64,000 nucleotides of DNA from the human T2T-CHM13v2.0 reference genome, Homo sapiens. Shown piece after piece: positions 20,640-35,130 of the stretch. Where the stretch lies: assembly GCF_009914755.1 (NCBI RefSeq), contig NC_060938.1; one strand, given 5' to 3'. Position 1 is the first letter of the stretch, and every line of letters begins with the position of its first letter. A program made the position numbers and the translations under genes. Under the pieces are notes generated by a model. That model had not been told where the DNA came from, did not search any database, and saw nothing but the letters and a program-made list of their open reading frames with translations.

Positions 20640-21930
20640 ATTTCAATATCTGTTTACAGTTTTTTAAAAGCAAAACCTATATTGAAATGTACACACCTTA
20701 AGTGTACAAATCTAGGAATTTTGAAAATGGCATATACCTGCATAATTCATACTCCCACCAAAATAAATAACATTTCCATTACCTCAAAAAATCCTTTCAT
20801 ACTCTTCCCACCTATTTTCTCCCCACCAAAGGCAACCACTTTTCTGATTTGTTTCACCACAGATTAGCTGTACCTGTCCTAGGGTTTTATATAAATGAAA
20901 TCACACAGGATGTCGTCTTTATGTTTGACTTTTCCTTTAGCATAATGTCTATGAGATGTTTCCTTGTGTATTCCTTTGGAATTGAGAAGTATTCCATTGT
21001 TTGATTACATACAAATTTGATTTTACTATTGATAAATATTTATATGGTTTCTACTTGTACGGCTACTATGAACAAAGTGGCTGTAAACATTATTATACAA
21101 GTATTTACCTAGATATGTTTTTTCTTAAGTAAATGCCTAGCATGAAATTGTTGGATTATAGAATAGGTATATATTTAACTTTATACCAACTGTCAAAACT
21201 ATTTTCCATACTTCTTTTACCATTTTACTCTCTCACTACTAATATATAAGGGTCATAGTTGTTCTCCAGTCTTACTGAAGTTTGATACTGATGGCCTTTT
21301 TAACCTTAGCTATTCTAGTGGACTTGGAATGATGTCTCATGGCTTTCATATCAAATTTTCTGAAAACTAGTGAAGTATGTTTGCATATGCTTATGGTATC
21401 ATCCTTTGTCATGTATCTATCCAAATCTTTTTTGTCCCCACAACTATTTGAGAGGATTGAATATGCAAATTCTTTGTATATTATTAAAATTGGGTTGTCT
21501 TCCTATTGAGTTGTAGGAATTATTTGTTTGTTCTGAATATAAATATTATCAGATATATTCTATATAAGTATTTGTTAAGATTCTTAAAGTTGTATTTTGA
21601 TGAATAGAAGTTTAAATTTTGATTAAGCATAGCTTACCTTTTTTTTTTTTCTTCTCCGGTAATTGCTTTCAGAGCTCTGCCTGAGTAATGTTTCCTAACC
21701 CCAGGCACAAGGATATTCCCCTGGTTTCTTCTATAAGCTATACATACTAGCTTTTATTTTTAGTTCTGTGATTTTTCTCAAACAAAAATTTGTGTATGGT
21801 GAAACATGGAGGTTGAGACTGTTTTGTTTTCATATGTGTTCAGTTATTCAAAACCCATTTGTTGAAAATGGTTGAATTTTCACTGTATTGTTCCATTGAA
21901 TTGCTTTGGTGGCTTTATAAAAAATAAGTT
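20640..21930 (-). mobile_element. Old L1M (ME-like) 3' fragment
   Basis: T-rich reverse complement of L1 3' UTR and ORF2 end (GGCAACCACTTTTCTG, TATTCCATTG, ATTTGTTGAAAA). Confidence 0.7.
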
Positions 21931-21949
21931 GGTACAATTCAAACACCCT

Positions 21950-23103
21950 AGACATGATGTAACGTCAAGGAAAGGAGGACTCTGAAAGGCGGAGAAAAAG
22001 TTGGATAGCCCAGAGATCTGGAGACTTGAGAAACAACGTAATGAGTCTTTCAGTTTCCTTATTGTCATCCAAGTATCTGTGGACAGAACACTGTAGAAGT
22101 CTCCAACCCTGAAAGCCAACAGGCACAGTTAAAAAAAAAAAAAGCTTCCAGTAAAGTCTTTCTTCCAGCCAATGGGCTGGCAAAAGGGTGGTCCAGTGAT
22201 AATAAACCTTTAGTATCTACCTAACTTCAGTCAAACAAAATGAAAAAAATTCACCCCTACTTCCACAGGTTTCAGGGTGGCAAAGTGGGAAGTTAACATT
22301 CCTGTCCATCGTTTAGTCCAGCAGAAGCAGGCAGTACGCTGATTCCCCTGCCAGGTAGTGGTGGTGAGCCCAAGGAGGAAGCTTATCTTCCAACGTTGCT
22401 GGGCTGAACAAGGATGTGCTCCAGTTCTCCAACCAGGGTAGTATGGGGTGGGATATTTCATCAACAGAGATTTCACTGCCACCCAGCAGCAATAAACTTA
22501 ACACCGCTAATGGGAGTAGGCAACATCACGCTTTCCTCCCCATCCCCCTTTGGGGGCCAGGGAGAATAACTAAGATTCTGCTCCCATTCATGATCAATGA
22601 AGGTAGGAGGTAGGAGTAATTCACACTTTGTCTCTCCCCTCCTTTTCTATGGTATCAATGGGTAAAGAGTTGAAAATACATACCCAATTAGCCCTAGTGT
22701 TACACCTCCACATGAGGACTGCCTACTAAAGACAAGAAGGTAAAATAGGATCTCACAATATCCAAAATGTCTAGAATACAGTTAAGAAAATTATTACTCA
22801 TACCAAAACCCAGGAGATGATTCACCTGTTGGAATTATCTGACAAGGATGTCAAAGAAGACATCATAAACAATGCTTTAAAAAGTAATCAGAAAATCTTG
22901 TGAAATGCACTCAAAAATAAAAAATTTTGTGAAAGTAATAAAATTATAAAAAAGAACCAATGGAAACTACAAACTGAGAAGTACCAACATCATTTAAAAA
23001 TTTGATGAATAGGATGGGAGTGACGAGATAAAATCAGTGAACATGAAGACAAATGAATTTATGCAGTATGAACAAGAGAGAGAAAATAGATTATTTTTTA
23101 AAT
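21950..23103 (+). mobile_element. Old L1M 5' region / ORF1 start, interrupted by the L1MA at 23104
   Basis: TTGGAATTATCTGACAAGGA...GAACAAGAGAGAGAAAATAGA; its ORF1 resumes at about 29941 (AGAGTCTCAGGGACCT). Confidence 0.6.
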
Positions 23104-26100
23104 GGGAGGAGGCAGAGCAAGATGGCAGAATAGAACCCCTTAGCTATTACCCTGCCCCGCCCCCCTCCCCCCTCCCCACCCCCACAGGAACACCAAACTG
23201 AACAACTATCCACAAAGGAAAGCACCTTCATAAGAACAAAAAATCAGGTGAGCAATCACAGTACCTCGTTTTAACATCACAGCCATGAAGAAGGTAGAAA
23301 AGACAGTCTTGAATTGGCTATACCACCCCTCCCCCAACCCCTGGCAGTGGCCACATGGCACAGGGAGAGAATTTACATGCTTCAGGGAGCAATGGCACAA
23401 TGGTTACGGGACTTTGCATTGGAACTCACTGCTGCCAGGAGCAGCGGAAAGCAATGCAAGGCAGTATTGAGCCAGCACTGACAGAGGGAGAATTTAGAGT
23501 AGCCCCAGCCAGAGGAGAACTGTCGATCCCAGTGGTTGATATCTGAGTTCCATTTAGTCCCTACCACTGCAGGCTAAAGTGGTCTGGGGTTCTAAATAAA
23601 CTTGAAAGGCAGTCTAGGCCACAAGGACTACAATTCCTGGGCCAGTCCTGGTTCTATGCTGGGCTCAAAGCTAGTGAACTTGGGACATACATTACCTAGT
23701 AAGACACCAGTGAGGGCAGCCAAGGGAGTGCTTACATCAACCCTTCCCCAACCCCAAACAGCACAGCTTCCAGCCCCAGGAAAGACTCCTTCCCTCTGCT
23801 TGAGGGGAAAACAGGGAAGAGTAAAGAGAGAGGACTTTGTTTTGCAACTTGAATACGTAGCAGCTCAGGCACAGTAGGATAGGGAAGTAGGCAGAGTCCT
23901 GAGGCCTCCATTCCAGGCCCTAGCTCCAAGATGACATTTTCTAAACATGCCCTGGGACAGAAGGGAACCTGCTGCCTTTAAAGGAAGTACCAGTCTGCAG
24001 GATTCCTCACCTGCTGACTAAAGAGCACTTGGGTTGCTGTAGGCCTTCAGTGAGATTCAGTGCCATGCTGGTGTGACTCAGCACATTCCCAGCTGTGATG
24101 GCCACAAGGAGAGAATCTTCCACTTGAGAAAAGGAGAGGGAAGAGTAAAGGAGATTTTGTCTTGCAGCTTAGGTACCAGCTTGGCCACAGGGAAAGAGCA
24201 CCAAATAGGCTGCTGGGGTCTCTGATTCCAGGCATTGGCCCCTGGATGGCTTTTCTGGACCCACCTTGGGCCAGAAGAGGGCACACTACCTTGAACAGAG
24301 AGACCCAAGCCCAGCAGCATTTACCACAAGCTGATTGAAGAGCCCTTCACCATTGAATGAATATTGGAAGTAGCCAAGCAACACTCACCTTAGGCCTGGG
24401 GTGGTGGTGGCCACAGAGAGAGACAACTGCGGCTTCAGCAATGCAGAGGGAAGAATGAGAAGAGCTTTGTCTTATGGTTTGGGTGCTAGTTTAGCCACAG
24501 CAGAGTAGAACACCAAGTAGATTCCTAGATTCCTGACTTCAGGCCCTGGCTCCTGGATGGTATTTCTGGACCTGCCCCAAACCAGTGGGGAGCTTGCCAT
24601 TGTTGAAGGAAAGACACAAGCCTGGTTGGATTCACCAACCACTGACCGAAGAGCCTTGGGTCTTGAATAAACATTAGAGATAGCCAGGCAGCGGTCACTG
24701 TGGACTGTAGGTGTGACCCATTGTTGTGCTAGCTTCAAATCTGATTCAGGGCAGATCCAGTGGTGGTGGCCACAGGGGTGCTTGTGTTACTCCTTCCCCA
24801 GCTCCAGCTCCATGTATCAATGAACATACACAGACATCAAGTCCATCCAAGAAAGCATGATCTCACCAAATGAACTAAAGCATCAGTGACCAATTCTAAG
24901 ATGACAGAGATATGTAACCCTTGAGACAGAGAATTCAAAATAGTTCTATTAATAAAGCTCAAGGAAATTCACAATCACACAAAGAAGGAACTCAGAATCC
25001 TATCAGATTAATTTAACAAAGAGATTGAAATAATTTTAAAATATCAATGAGAAATTCTGAATCTGAAACATTCAATTGACATACTGAAGAATGCAGAGGC
25101 CCTCAAAATCAGAATTAAGCAGAAGAATTAGTGACTTTGAAGACAGACTACTTGAAAATACATAGATCAGACATGAGAAAAAATAAAAAAGAATGAAGCA
25201 CACCTATGATATCTAGACAATAGCCTCAAAATGGCAAATTTAAGAGTTATTGGCCTTAAAGAAAAGGTAGAGAAAAAGATTAGGGTAGAAAGGCATCATC
25301 ACATAGAACCTTCCAAATCTAAAAAAAAAAAAAAATCAATATTCAAGTGTCAGAAGGTGAGAGAACACCAAGCAGATTTAATTCAAACAAGACTACCTCA
25401 GACATTTAATGTACCAAAAGGTCAAGGATAAAGGAAGAATCCTAAAAGCACCAAGAGTAAAGAAATAAATAACATACCAAGGAGCTTCAAAACATCTGGC
25501 CGCAGATGTATAAAATACAACCAGAGGAAAATCACATTCACAAAAAGGAAGAGAGGAAGGAAGGAAAAAAAGACCATGAAACAACTGAAAAACAACAAAA
25601 TATCACCTATTAATCAATAATAACATTGAATTCAAATTGACTAAACTATCCAATCAAAAGATACAGAATGCCTAAATGGGTGCAGGGGAAAGACTCAATC
25701 AGCTGCCTACAAGAAACATATTTCACTTATAAAGACACACGTAGACTGAAAATAAAGGAATGAAAAGATATTCCATGCAGTGGAAGCCAAAAAAGACCAG
25801 GAATAGCTATACTTGTGTCCGACAAAAATAGATTTCAAGACAAAAACTTTAGAAAGAAACAAAGTCATTATGTAATGACAAAGGGGTCAATTCAGCAAAA
25901 GGATATAAAAATTGTAAATAGATATGTGACCAACACTGGAGTACCCAGCTATATAAAGCAAATAATATTAGACCTACATACAATAACTGGAGACTTCAAC
26001 ACCCCACTTTCAGCATAGGACAGATCATACAGGCAGAAAATCAACCAAGAAACAATGGACTAAATCTGCACTATAGACCAAGTAGGCCTAATAGTTACAG

Positions 26101-27292
26101 AACATTTTATTCAACAGCTGCAAAATACACATTCTTCTCCTCAGTACATTGATCATTCTCAAGGATAGACCATGTTAGTGCACAAAACAAGTCTTAAAAT
26201 ACTTGAAAAACATTGAAATCATCTCAACTATCCTCTTTGACCACAATGGAATAAAACTAGAAATCATTAACAAGAGGAATTTTGTAACCTATACAAACAA
26301 ATGGAAATTAAATAATATGCTCCTGAATGACCAGTGGGTCAATGAAGACATTAAGAAGGAAATCGAAAAATTTTCCGATACAAATTAAAATAGAAACACA
26401 ACATATCAAAACCTATGGGAAATAGAAAAATCAGTACTTAGAGGAAAGTTTATAGCAATAAGTGCCTACATCAGAAAATTAGGAAAACTTTAAATGGATA
26501 AGCTAATAATATATCTTAAAGGCCTAAAAAAGCAAGAGCTTGCCAAACCCAAAATTAGTAGAAGAAATAACGAAGATCAGAGCAGAAATAAATTGAAACA
26601 AAAAATACAAAAGATAAATGAAGCAAAAGGTTTTTTTTCTTTTTTTTTTTTGAAAAGGTAAACAAAACTGACAAACCTTTAGTCAGGCTAAGGAAAAGAG
26701 AGAGAAGATCCAAATAAATAAAAACAGAGATGTAAAAGGAGACATTACAACTGATACCACATAAATTCAAAGGACCATTAGTGGCTACTATGAGGAACTG
26801 TATGCCAAAAATGGGAAAATCTAGAAGAAATTGATACATTTATAGACACCTACAACCTACCAAGATTGAACCATGAAGAAATCCAAGACTTGAATAGCAC
26901 AATAACAGTAATGAGATCAAAGCCTTAACAAAACATCTCCCAGCACAGAAAACTCTGGGACCTGATGGCCTCACTGCTAAATTCTATCAAACATTTAAAG
27001 AACTAATGCCAATCCTACTCAAACTATTCCAAAAAACAGAGGAAGAGGGAATACTTCCAAACTCATTCTACAAAGTCAGTATTTCCTGGATACCAAAACC
27101 AGACAAGGACAGAACAACAACAACAACAACAACAAAGTAAGAGAAAAGAAAAATCCAGGCTGATATTCCTGATGAACATTGAAGAAAAATCCTTGAAAAA
27201 AATACTAGCAAACTGTATTCAACAACACATTAAAAGGATCATTTATCATGACCAGGTGGTATTTATCACAGGGATGCAAGGATGGTTCAACA

Positions 27293-27601
27293 TCCTGGGG
27301 CTCCATGGGGATGGATCCCTCTTGGCTTGGTGCTATACTTGTGATAGTGAGTTATTTTGAGATCTAATTGCTTAAAACTATGTGGCTCCCCACACCTCTC
27401 TGTTGCTCCTGCTCTTGCCATGTAATGTGTCTGTTCCTGCTTCACATTCTGCCATGAATAAAAGCTCCCTGAGTTCTCCACAGAAGCTGAGCAAATGCTG
27501 GCACCATGCTTACACAGCATGGTGTTAATTAAGCCTCTTTTCTTTATAAATTAACCAGTCTCAGATATTCATTCAAAGCAATGCAAGAATGGTCTAACAC
27601 A
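27293..27601 (+). mobile_element. MST (MSTA/B-like) MaLR LTR, 5' part missing
   Basis: GTGATAGTGAG...CTGCCATGA..AAGCTCCCTGAG...CTTTTCTTTATAAATTAACCAGTCTCAG...GGTCTAACACA. Confidence 0.85.
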
Positions 27602-28971
27602 GAAAGTAATCCCATTTAGCTACAAATAAAATAAAATACCTAGGAATAAACTTAATCAAAGAAGTGAAAGATCTCTGCAATGAAAACTATAAAACATTAA
27701 TACAAGAAATTGAAGAGGACATGAAAAAGGAAAGTTATTCTATGCTCATGGATTACTAGAAATAATATTGTTAAAATGCTCATACTACTCAAAGCAGTCT
27801 GCAGAGATTCAATGCAAACCCTATCAAAATACCAATTACATTCTTCACAGAAATAAAAACATAATTCTAAAATTTATATGACACCACAAAAGTCCCAGAA
27901 TAGCCAAAGCTATCCTGAGCAAAAAGAACAAAACTGGAGGAATCACATAACTTGACTTCAGATTATAGTAAAGCTAAGGTAACCAAAAACAGCATGGTAC
28001 TAGCATGAAAGCAGACACATAGACCAATATAACAGAACAAAGAACCCAAAAACAAATTTATACATCTACAGTGAACTCATTTTCAACAAAGTTGCCAAGA
28101 ACATACATTGGGTAAAGGAGAGTCTCTTCAACCAGTGGTGCTGAGAAAACTGGACATCCACAGGGAGAGATAGGAAACTAGATCCCCATCTCTTGCCATA
28201 TACCAAAATCAAATCAAAATTCATTTAACACTTAAATCTAAGACCTCAATCTGTGAAAATACTAAAAGAAAACATTTGGGGGAAACTCTCCAGGACATTG
28301 ATCTGCAAAAGATTTCTTCAGTAATACTCCACAAGCATAAGCAAAAGCAAAAAATGGACAAACAGGATCACAAAAAGTTAGAAACCTTCTGCACAGTGAA
28401 GAAAACAATCAACAAAGTGAAAAGACAACTCATAGAATGGCAGAAAATATTTACAAACTATCCAACTGACAAGAGACTAATCCAGAATATATAGGGAGCT
28501 CAAACTTAAAAATTTCTGACAATCCAATTTAAAAATGGCAAAAGATCTGAACAGACATTTCTCAAAAGCCAACATACAAGTGGCAAACTGGTTTATGAAA
28601 AAAGGTGCTCAACATCACTGATCAGAGAAATGCAAATCAAAGCTACAATGATATATTATCTCACCCCGGTTTAAATAGCTTTTATCCAAAAGACTGGCAA
28701 TAACAAATGCTGGTGAACATGTGGAGAAAAGGAACCCCAGTACACTGTGGGTGGGAATGTAATTAGTACAACCACTATGGAGAACAGTTTGGAGGTTTCT
28801 CAAAAAACTAAAGAAAGAGCTACTGTATGATCCAGAAATCCCACCAGTGGTTATATACCTAAAAGAGAGAAAATCAGTGCATTGGACCATATCTGCACTT
28901 TCATGTTGTTGCAGCACTGTTTACAATAGCTAAGATTTGGAGGCAACCTAAGTGTTCATCGACAGATAAAT

Positions 28972-29422
28972 ATAGCACTGTTCACAATAGCAAAGATATG
29001 GGATCAACCTAAATGCCCATCAATGATGGACTGGATAAAGAAAATGTGGTACATATACACCATGGAATACTATGCAGCCATAAAAAAGAATGAGATCATG
29101 TCCCTTGTAGAAACATGGATGAATCTGGAGTCCATTATCCTTAGCAAACTAAAACAGGAACAGAAAACCAAACACCCCATGTTCTCACTTATAAATGGGA
29201 GCTAAATGATGACAACACTTGGGCACATAGAGGGGAACAACACACACTGGGACCTTTTGGAGAGTGGATGGTGGCAGGAGGGAGAGGATCAGGAAAAATA
29301 ACTAATGGGTACTAGGCTTAATACCTGGGTGATAAAATAATCTGTACAACAAACCCCCATGACACAAGTTTACCTATGAAACAAACCTGCACTTGTACCC
29401 CTGAACTTAAAAGTTAAAAAAA
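28972..29422 (+). mobile_element. 5'-truncated L1PA13-like 3' end nested in the L1MA
   Basis: ORF 29023-29205 is the ORF2 C-terminus; AGGATCAGGAAAAATAACTAATGGGTACTAGGC...AAAAGTTAAAAAAA. Confidence 0.85.
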
Positions 29423-29940
29423 GTGCATATATACAATGAACAACTATTCAGCCAAAAAAAATGAATGAGATCCTGTCATTTCCAATAGCATGAAAGGAAC
29501 TGAAAGACATTAAGTGAAGTAAGTCAGGCACAGAAAGACAAACTTTGCATGTTCTCACATATTCGTGAGAGCTAAAAAATTAAAACAATTGAAATCATGC
29601 AGATAGAGAGTAGAATTATGGTTACCAGAGGCTGGGAAGGGTAGTGGGGGGGACGGGGGGGAAGTGGGTACCATTAATGGGTACAAAAATATAGTTAGAA
29701 TGAATAAGACCTACTATTTGATAGCACAACAGGGTGATTACAGTTAACAATAATTTACTGTACATTTTAAAATAACCAAAGAGTATAATTGGAAAGTTTG
29801 TAACACAAAGAAATGATAAATGCTTGAAGTCATAGACATCCCATTTACATTGATGTGATTATTACACATTGCATGCCTGTATCAAAATATCTCATATACT
29901 CCATAAATATGTACACCTATTATGTACCTATAAAAAAACC

Positions 29941-30605
29941 AGAGTCTCAGGGACCTTTGGAACCATAATAACAGAGCTAATATTTGTATCATTGTAGTTC
30001 TAGACGAAGAGAGATTTGAACTGAAAAAGTACTAAAAGAAATATGGCTAAAAACTTTCCAAGTTTCACAAAAGGCATAAATCTACAGATCCAAGAAGCTC
30101 AACTGACCTCAAATAGGGTAAACTCAAATAAATCCACAATTATATGTCCAGGGAAATATCCTTCAGGATTCAAAGGGAAAATAAAGATATTCTCAGATGA
30201 ATCTATAACCCCATTCTAATCACAATATAAACATTAGACAAATCTCAATTGACGGACACTGGAAAATACCTAATCGGTACTCCTCAAAACTGTTGAAGTC
30301 ATCAAAAACAAGGAAATTCTAAGAAACTACCATAGTCAAGTGGACCCTAAGAAGACAGATAATGACAAAGCGTATTGTAGAAACTTCAGTTGGATCCTGA
30401 AATAGATAAAAGGCATAAAGTAAAAGCTAAGGAAATATACACTTAATTAATATCATTATCAGCTTATTGATTGTGACAAATATACCATACTAAAGTAAGA
30501 TGTTTATAATAGCAGAAACTGAGTGTGAGATATATGGGAACTGTCTTGCTATCTCTGCAACTTTTCTATGAATCTAAAACTTTTATAAAATAAGAATTTT
30601 AAAAT
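29941..30605 (+). mobile_element. Continuation of the old L1M: ORF1 piece joined to an L1MC/MD-type 3' UTR
   Basis: ORF1-like AACTTTCCAAG...GAAGCTCAA, then CTCCTCAAAACTG...CATCAAAAACAAGGAAA. Confidence 0.6.
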
Positions 30606-31115
30606 AACCCTAAAATGTAAAGAAATCCCACAACTCAATACTAAAAAGCTACTAATCCAATTCAAATGGGCAAAATTTTTGAACATACCCTCAACAAAGA
30701 AGCTCAGATAGCAAATAAGTACATGCAAAGATAACATCATTAACTATCAGGGAAAAGGACATTATAACTAGAATATTTATAGACTAGAATGGCTGTGCTC
30801 AAGAAGGCTGACAATGCCTTGTGTTGGCAGGAATGTGGAACTGTTACTGGAAATGCAAAGTGGTACGGCTACTTTGCAAAATATTTTGGCCGATTTTGTG
30901 AAGTAAAATATACATTTACCATATGACCCAGGAATCCCACTCCTAGATATTTTTCTGATCGCAATTAAAACAGTTCTGCTAAAATACTTGTACAAATATG
31001 TCCAAGGCTATTTTATTCAGAATAGTCCAAAATTAAAAAGATCCCTAATATCTATTGACTGGCTAAAGGAAGAGTAAATTGTCTCATATACAAACAATAT
31101 ATTACTACTTAATAG
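30606..31115 (+). mobile_element. Old L1M ORF2 3' fragment
   Basis: CAAATGGGCAAAA...TGTTGGCAGGAATGTGGA...CCATATGACCCAGGAATCCCACTCCTAG. Confidence 0.65.
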
Positions 31116-31129
31116 ATTTTGATGGCCTT

Positions 31130-32620
31130 TAAAAATTTTATTTGGAATTTTTGTGGATACACAGTAGGCATATATATTTCTGGAGCACGTTTGGATATAT
31201 GCATGCAATGCATAATAATTACATCATTGAAAATGGGGTATCCATCCTCTCAAGCATTTATCTTTTGTGATGGCTTTATAATGTGCCAACCTGGCTGTGT
31301 AAGAATTTCCTTTTCTTGTATGTTTCTAGTTAGTATGTACTACTTTTAATGTTCTTATTTGCCATCTGTGTATACTCTTGGATGAAGTGTCTTTTCAAGC
31401 CTTTTGTCTATTTTTAAATTGAGTTATTTCTTACTGTTGAGATTTGAGAATTATTTATATATTCTTAATATATTCTAGATACAAATGTTATGCTGGATAT
31501 GTCTTGCAAATGTTTTCCCCAGTCTGAAGGTTGTCTTTCTAGTCACTTATCAGTATATTTCACAGAGCAAAAATTTTAATTGCAATGAAACCCAATGTGT
31601 TACTTTTTAAAATTCCATAGACTCTGCTTTTGATATCATGTCTGAGAACTCTTGTCCTAAATTCTAGCAATGGGATTTCTCCTGTATTTTTTTTCAAATT
31701 TTATTATAGTTTTATATTTTACATTTAGTTCTATGATCAATTTTGACTTTTCCTTTTGTATAGGGATTAGGTTTGAATCAAGATTGGTGCATATTAATCT
31801 CAAATTTTTCTAACATTGCTTGTTGAAAAGACAATCTATTTTCTACAGTATTCCCTTTTCACCTTTGTGAAAAAAAAATTGCCAAATGAAATTCTTCTGA
31901 ATTGTACTCTTTAAAATCATTAAAGTGGGAAATTTTATGTGAAAATAAACCTGATCACATTTGTGAAGATCTATTTATGAACACCACGCTCATTAGAACA
32001 GATATGTTCCATTGATCTGTGTCTACTCCTTCACCAGTACCAAATTGTCTTACCGATTTTCCAGTCTTCAAATGATTAGTGTGACACATCTAACTTTATT
32101 TTTGAGAACTGTTTCAGTTTTCTAATTTCTTTACCTTGCTCTATTAACTTTACAACCATCTTATATGGTACACATCAATAAAAATTCCTGTTGGGATTTT
32201 GTCAAATCTGTCAGTTAGTATCACAAAAATTAATGTCTTAACTATTTTGAGTATTTCAGTCAAAGGTATGACATGAATTCCTATTTACTTAGATCTTTTT
32301 TTATTTCTTTCCTCAGCATTTTATAGTATTATGTGTAGAGAACCTGTAGATTTATTAGGTTTATACCTGTATATTTCAATTTTTATAGCTATTATAAATA
32401 TTTTTTAAAAAATTTCAGTTTCTAATTGTTCATTGCTAGTACATAGAAATTTGATTGATATTTGTGTGTTGATCTTGTACCTTGTAACCTACTTAAGGTC
32501 ATTTATTAGTTTTAGGAACTTTTTTCTAGATTACATGGACATTTCCACTTAGATCATCATGTAATCTGTGCATAGGGATAGTTATATTTTTTTTCTTTCC
32601 AATACATATGCCTTTTATCA
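31130..32620 (-). mobile_element. Antisense L1 fragments (short L1MA 3' end, then old L1M ORF2)
   Basis: GAAAATGGGGTATCCATCCTCTCAAGCATTTATC; later TTGTTCATTGCTAGTACATAGAAAT. Confidence 0.65.
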
Positions 32621-32893
32621 GGGCCAGTCATTGCTGCTCACATTTACTATCTGCTACTGTCTGATGGGAACAGCCCAGCATCCAAATTCAGGTTAAAAAA
32701 TATTTTCCGCACTATCACCCCACTTCTCATTCAACTGTCTCCAAAGGTAGAATTTGAATGCTTCCTACCTGAATTTCTCTTATGCTTAATGGTACTGTTT
32801 GAGAACTACCTTTTCTTCCCTGCAGAAGCAGCCACTCTGTTCATATCGCATCCCAATGATCTTTATTTCTTTGAAAGTTTATATGAGGATGAC

Positions 32894-33246
32894 TGCTGTG
32901 ATTGGAATGCTTGTGTTCCATCAAAATTCATATGTTGAAATCCCAACCCTAAGGTGATGATATTAGGAGGTGAGGTATTTGGAAGGTGATTAGGACATAA
33001 AGGCTCCTCCCTCACCCATGGGATTAGTGATGTTATAAAACATGATGCTTGAGAAAGACCCTCACCATGAAAGGACACAGCAAGAAGGGGCCATCTATGA
33101 ACCAGGAAGCAGACCCTCACCCAGACACTGAATCTGCCTTGACGTATGATTTCCCAGCCTTCAGAACTGCGAGAAATAAATTTCTGTTATTTATGAGCCA
33201 CCCAGTTTATGGTATTTTGTTAAAGCAGCCCAAACAGACTAAGACA
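32894..33246 (+). mobile_element. Complete MLT1A0-like solo LTR
   Basis: TG...CA ends, CAAAATTCATATGTTGAAATCC, AAATAAATTTCTGTT; near-matching 5-bp TSD ATGAC/ATGGC. Confidence 0.88.
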
Positions 33247-33944
33247 ATGGCATTTAAAAATTTGTCTATGAAGATTCTAGTTCTTTTCTTCCAGGATGAC
33301 TTGGAGGCCAAGTGGCTTGAGATGATGCTAGAGATGACCATACTCACTGGTTTGAAAGAGTTGGTTGTTAGATCCCTCCCTACTGTATTCACCAACTTGA
33401 CATTGCCTTTTCTACTGCCTTTGAAATTGATTTAAGCTAGATGATTAATACCGGAGTTTTGAAAGATCCCACTTGGTTAATTGGATTAATATAGCCCACC
33501 CTATGTTAATTATTTTTTGTCTACATGTATATCAAATCCTGAAAATGACATGTTAAAATCACAATTTATACTAATAAATGTGTTGGAGTCTCACTTTTTT
33601 TTTTAATATAGTGTTATTTGGTATATAAATGATCATTTCTCTTAGGTGTTCTGAATAGCCCATATATTTTATTATTCTACATCTTCTGTCTTATTTGTTA
33701 ATCTAACATATTTGCACTTCCTTTTTTCATCTTAACATTTCCTAGCACATCTTTGCTCCCTCTTACACTTTCTACATCTATAATCTCAAATGATAAAGGG
33801 TAATAAATGTGTTAATTACAGCAAATTCAATTGCAATGCTGGGGGACTGCTGATAGGAGACAAATAGACTGTGGGAAGATTTCCTCAGAAAAGTATCTTA
33901 ATCATAGTAACCCTGTATGTTTACCAAACTAGTTAACCAAAGAC

Positions 33945-34900
<956 letters not shown>

Positions 34901-34914
34901 CATATTTGAAAGTA

Positions 34915-35130
34915 ACAATAATGATAAAAATACATGTCAAGCATGCACACGTGCTTTGTTTACATTTTCCTATTTAATTCTCATTACAATGCTGCAAGGT
35001 ATTACTCCAGTCTTACAGACAAGGAGAATGAAGCAGAGGCTAAATAAATTGCATGAGGTCACACACCTAGGAAGTGGTGGACCTGGGGTTTAAGTCAGGT
35101 GTGAGAGTGATCTCACAAACTATATACTGC
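34915..35130. mobile_element. MIR SINE
   Basis: ATTTAATTCTCATTACAA...TTACAGACAAGGAGAATGAAGCAGAGG...AGGTCACAC core. Confidence 0.75.

Larger units (their letters stand above)
23104..29938 (+). mobile_element. Near full-length L1MA2/3-like element with internal deletions and nested insertions
   Basis: 5' GGAGGCAGAGCAAGATGGCAGAATAG; repeated 5' UTR units; degenerate ORF1 and ORF2; L1MA 3' UTR (TTTGATAGCACAACAGGGTGA...TATGTACC). Confidence 0.85.

Noticed and set aside
33049-33435. 128-aa ORF
   Set aside because: Non-ATG start inside the MLT1A0 LTR, reading into flank; no domain evidence.
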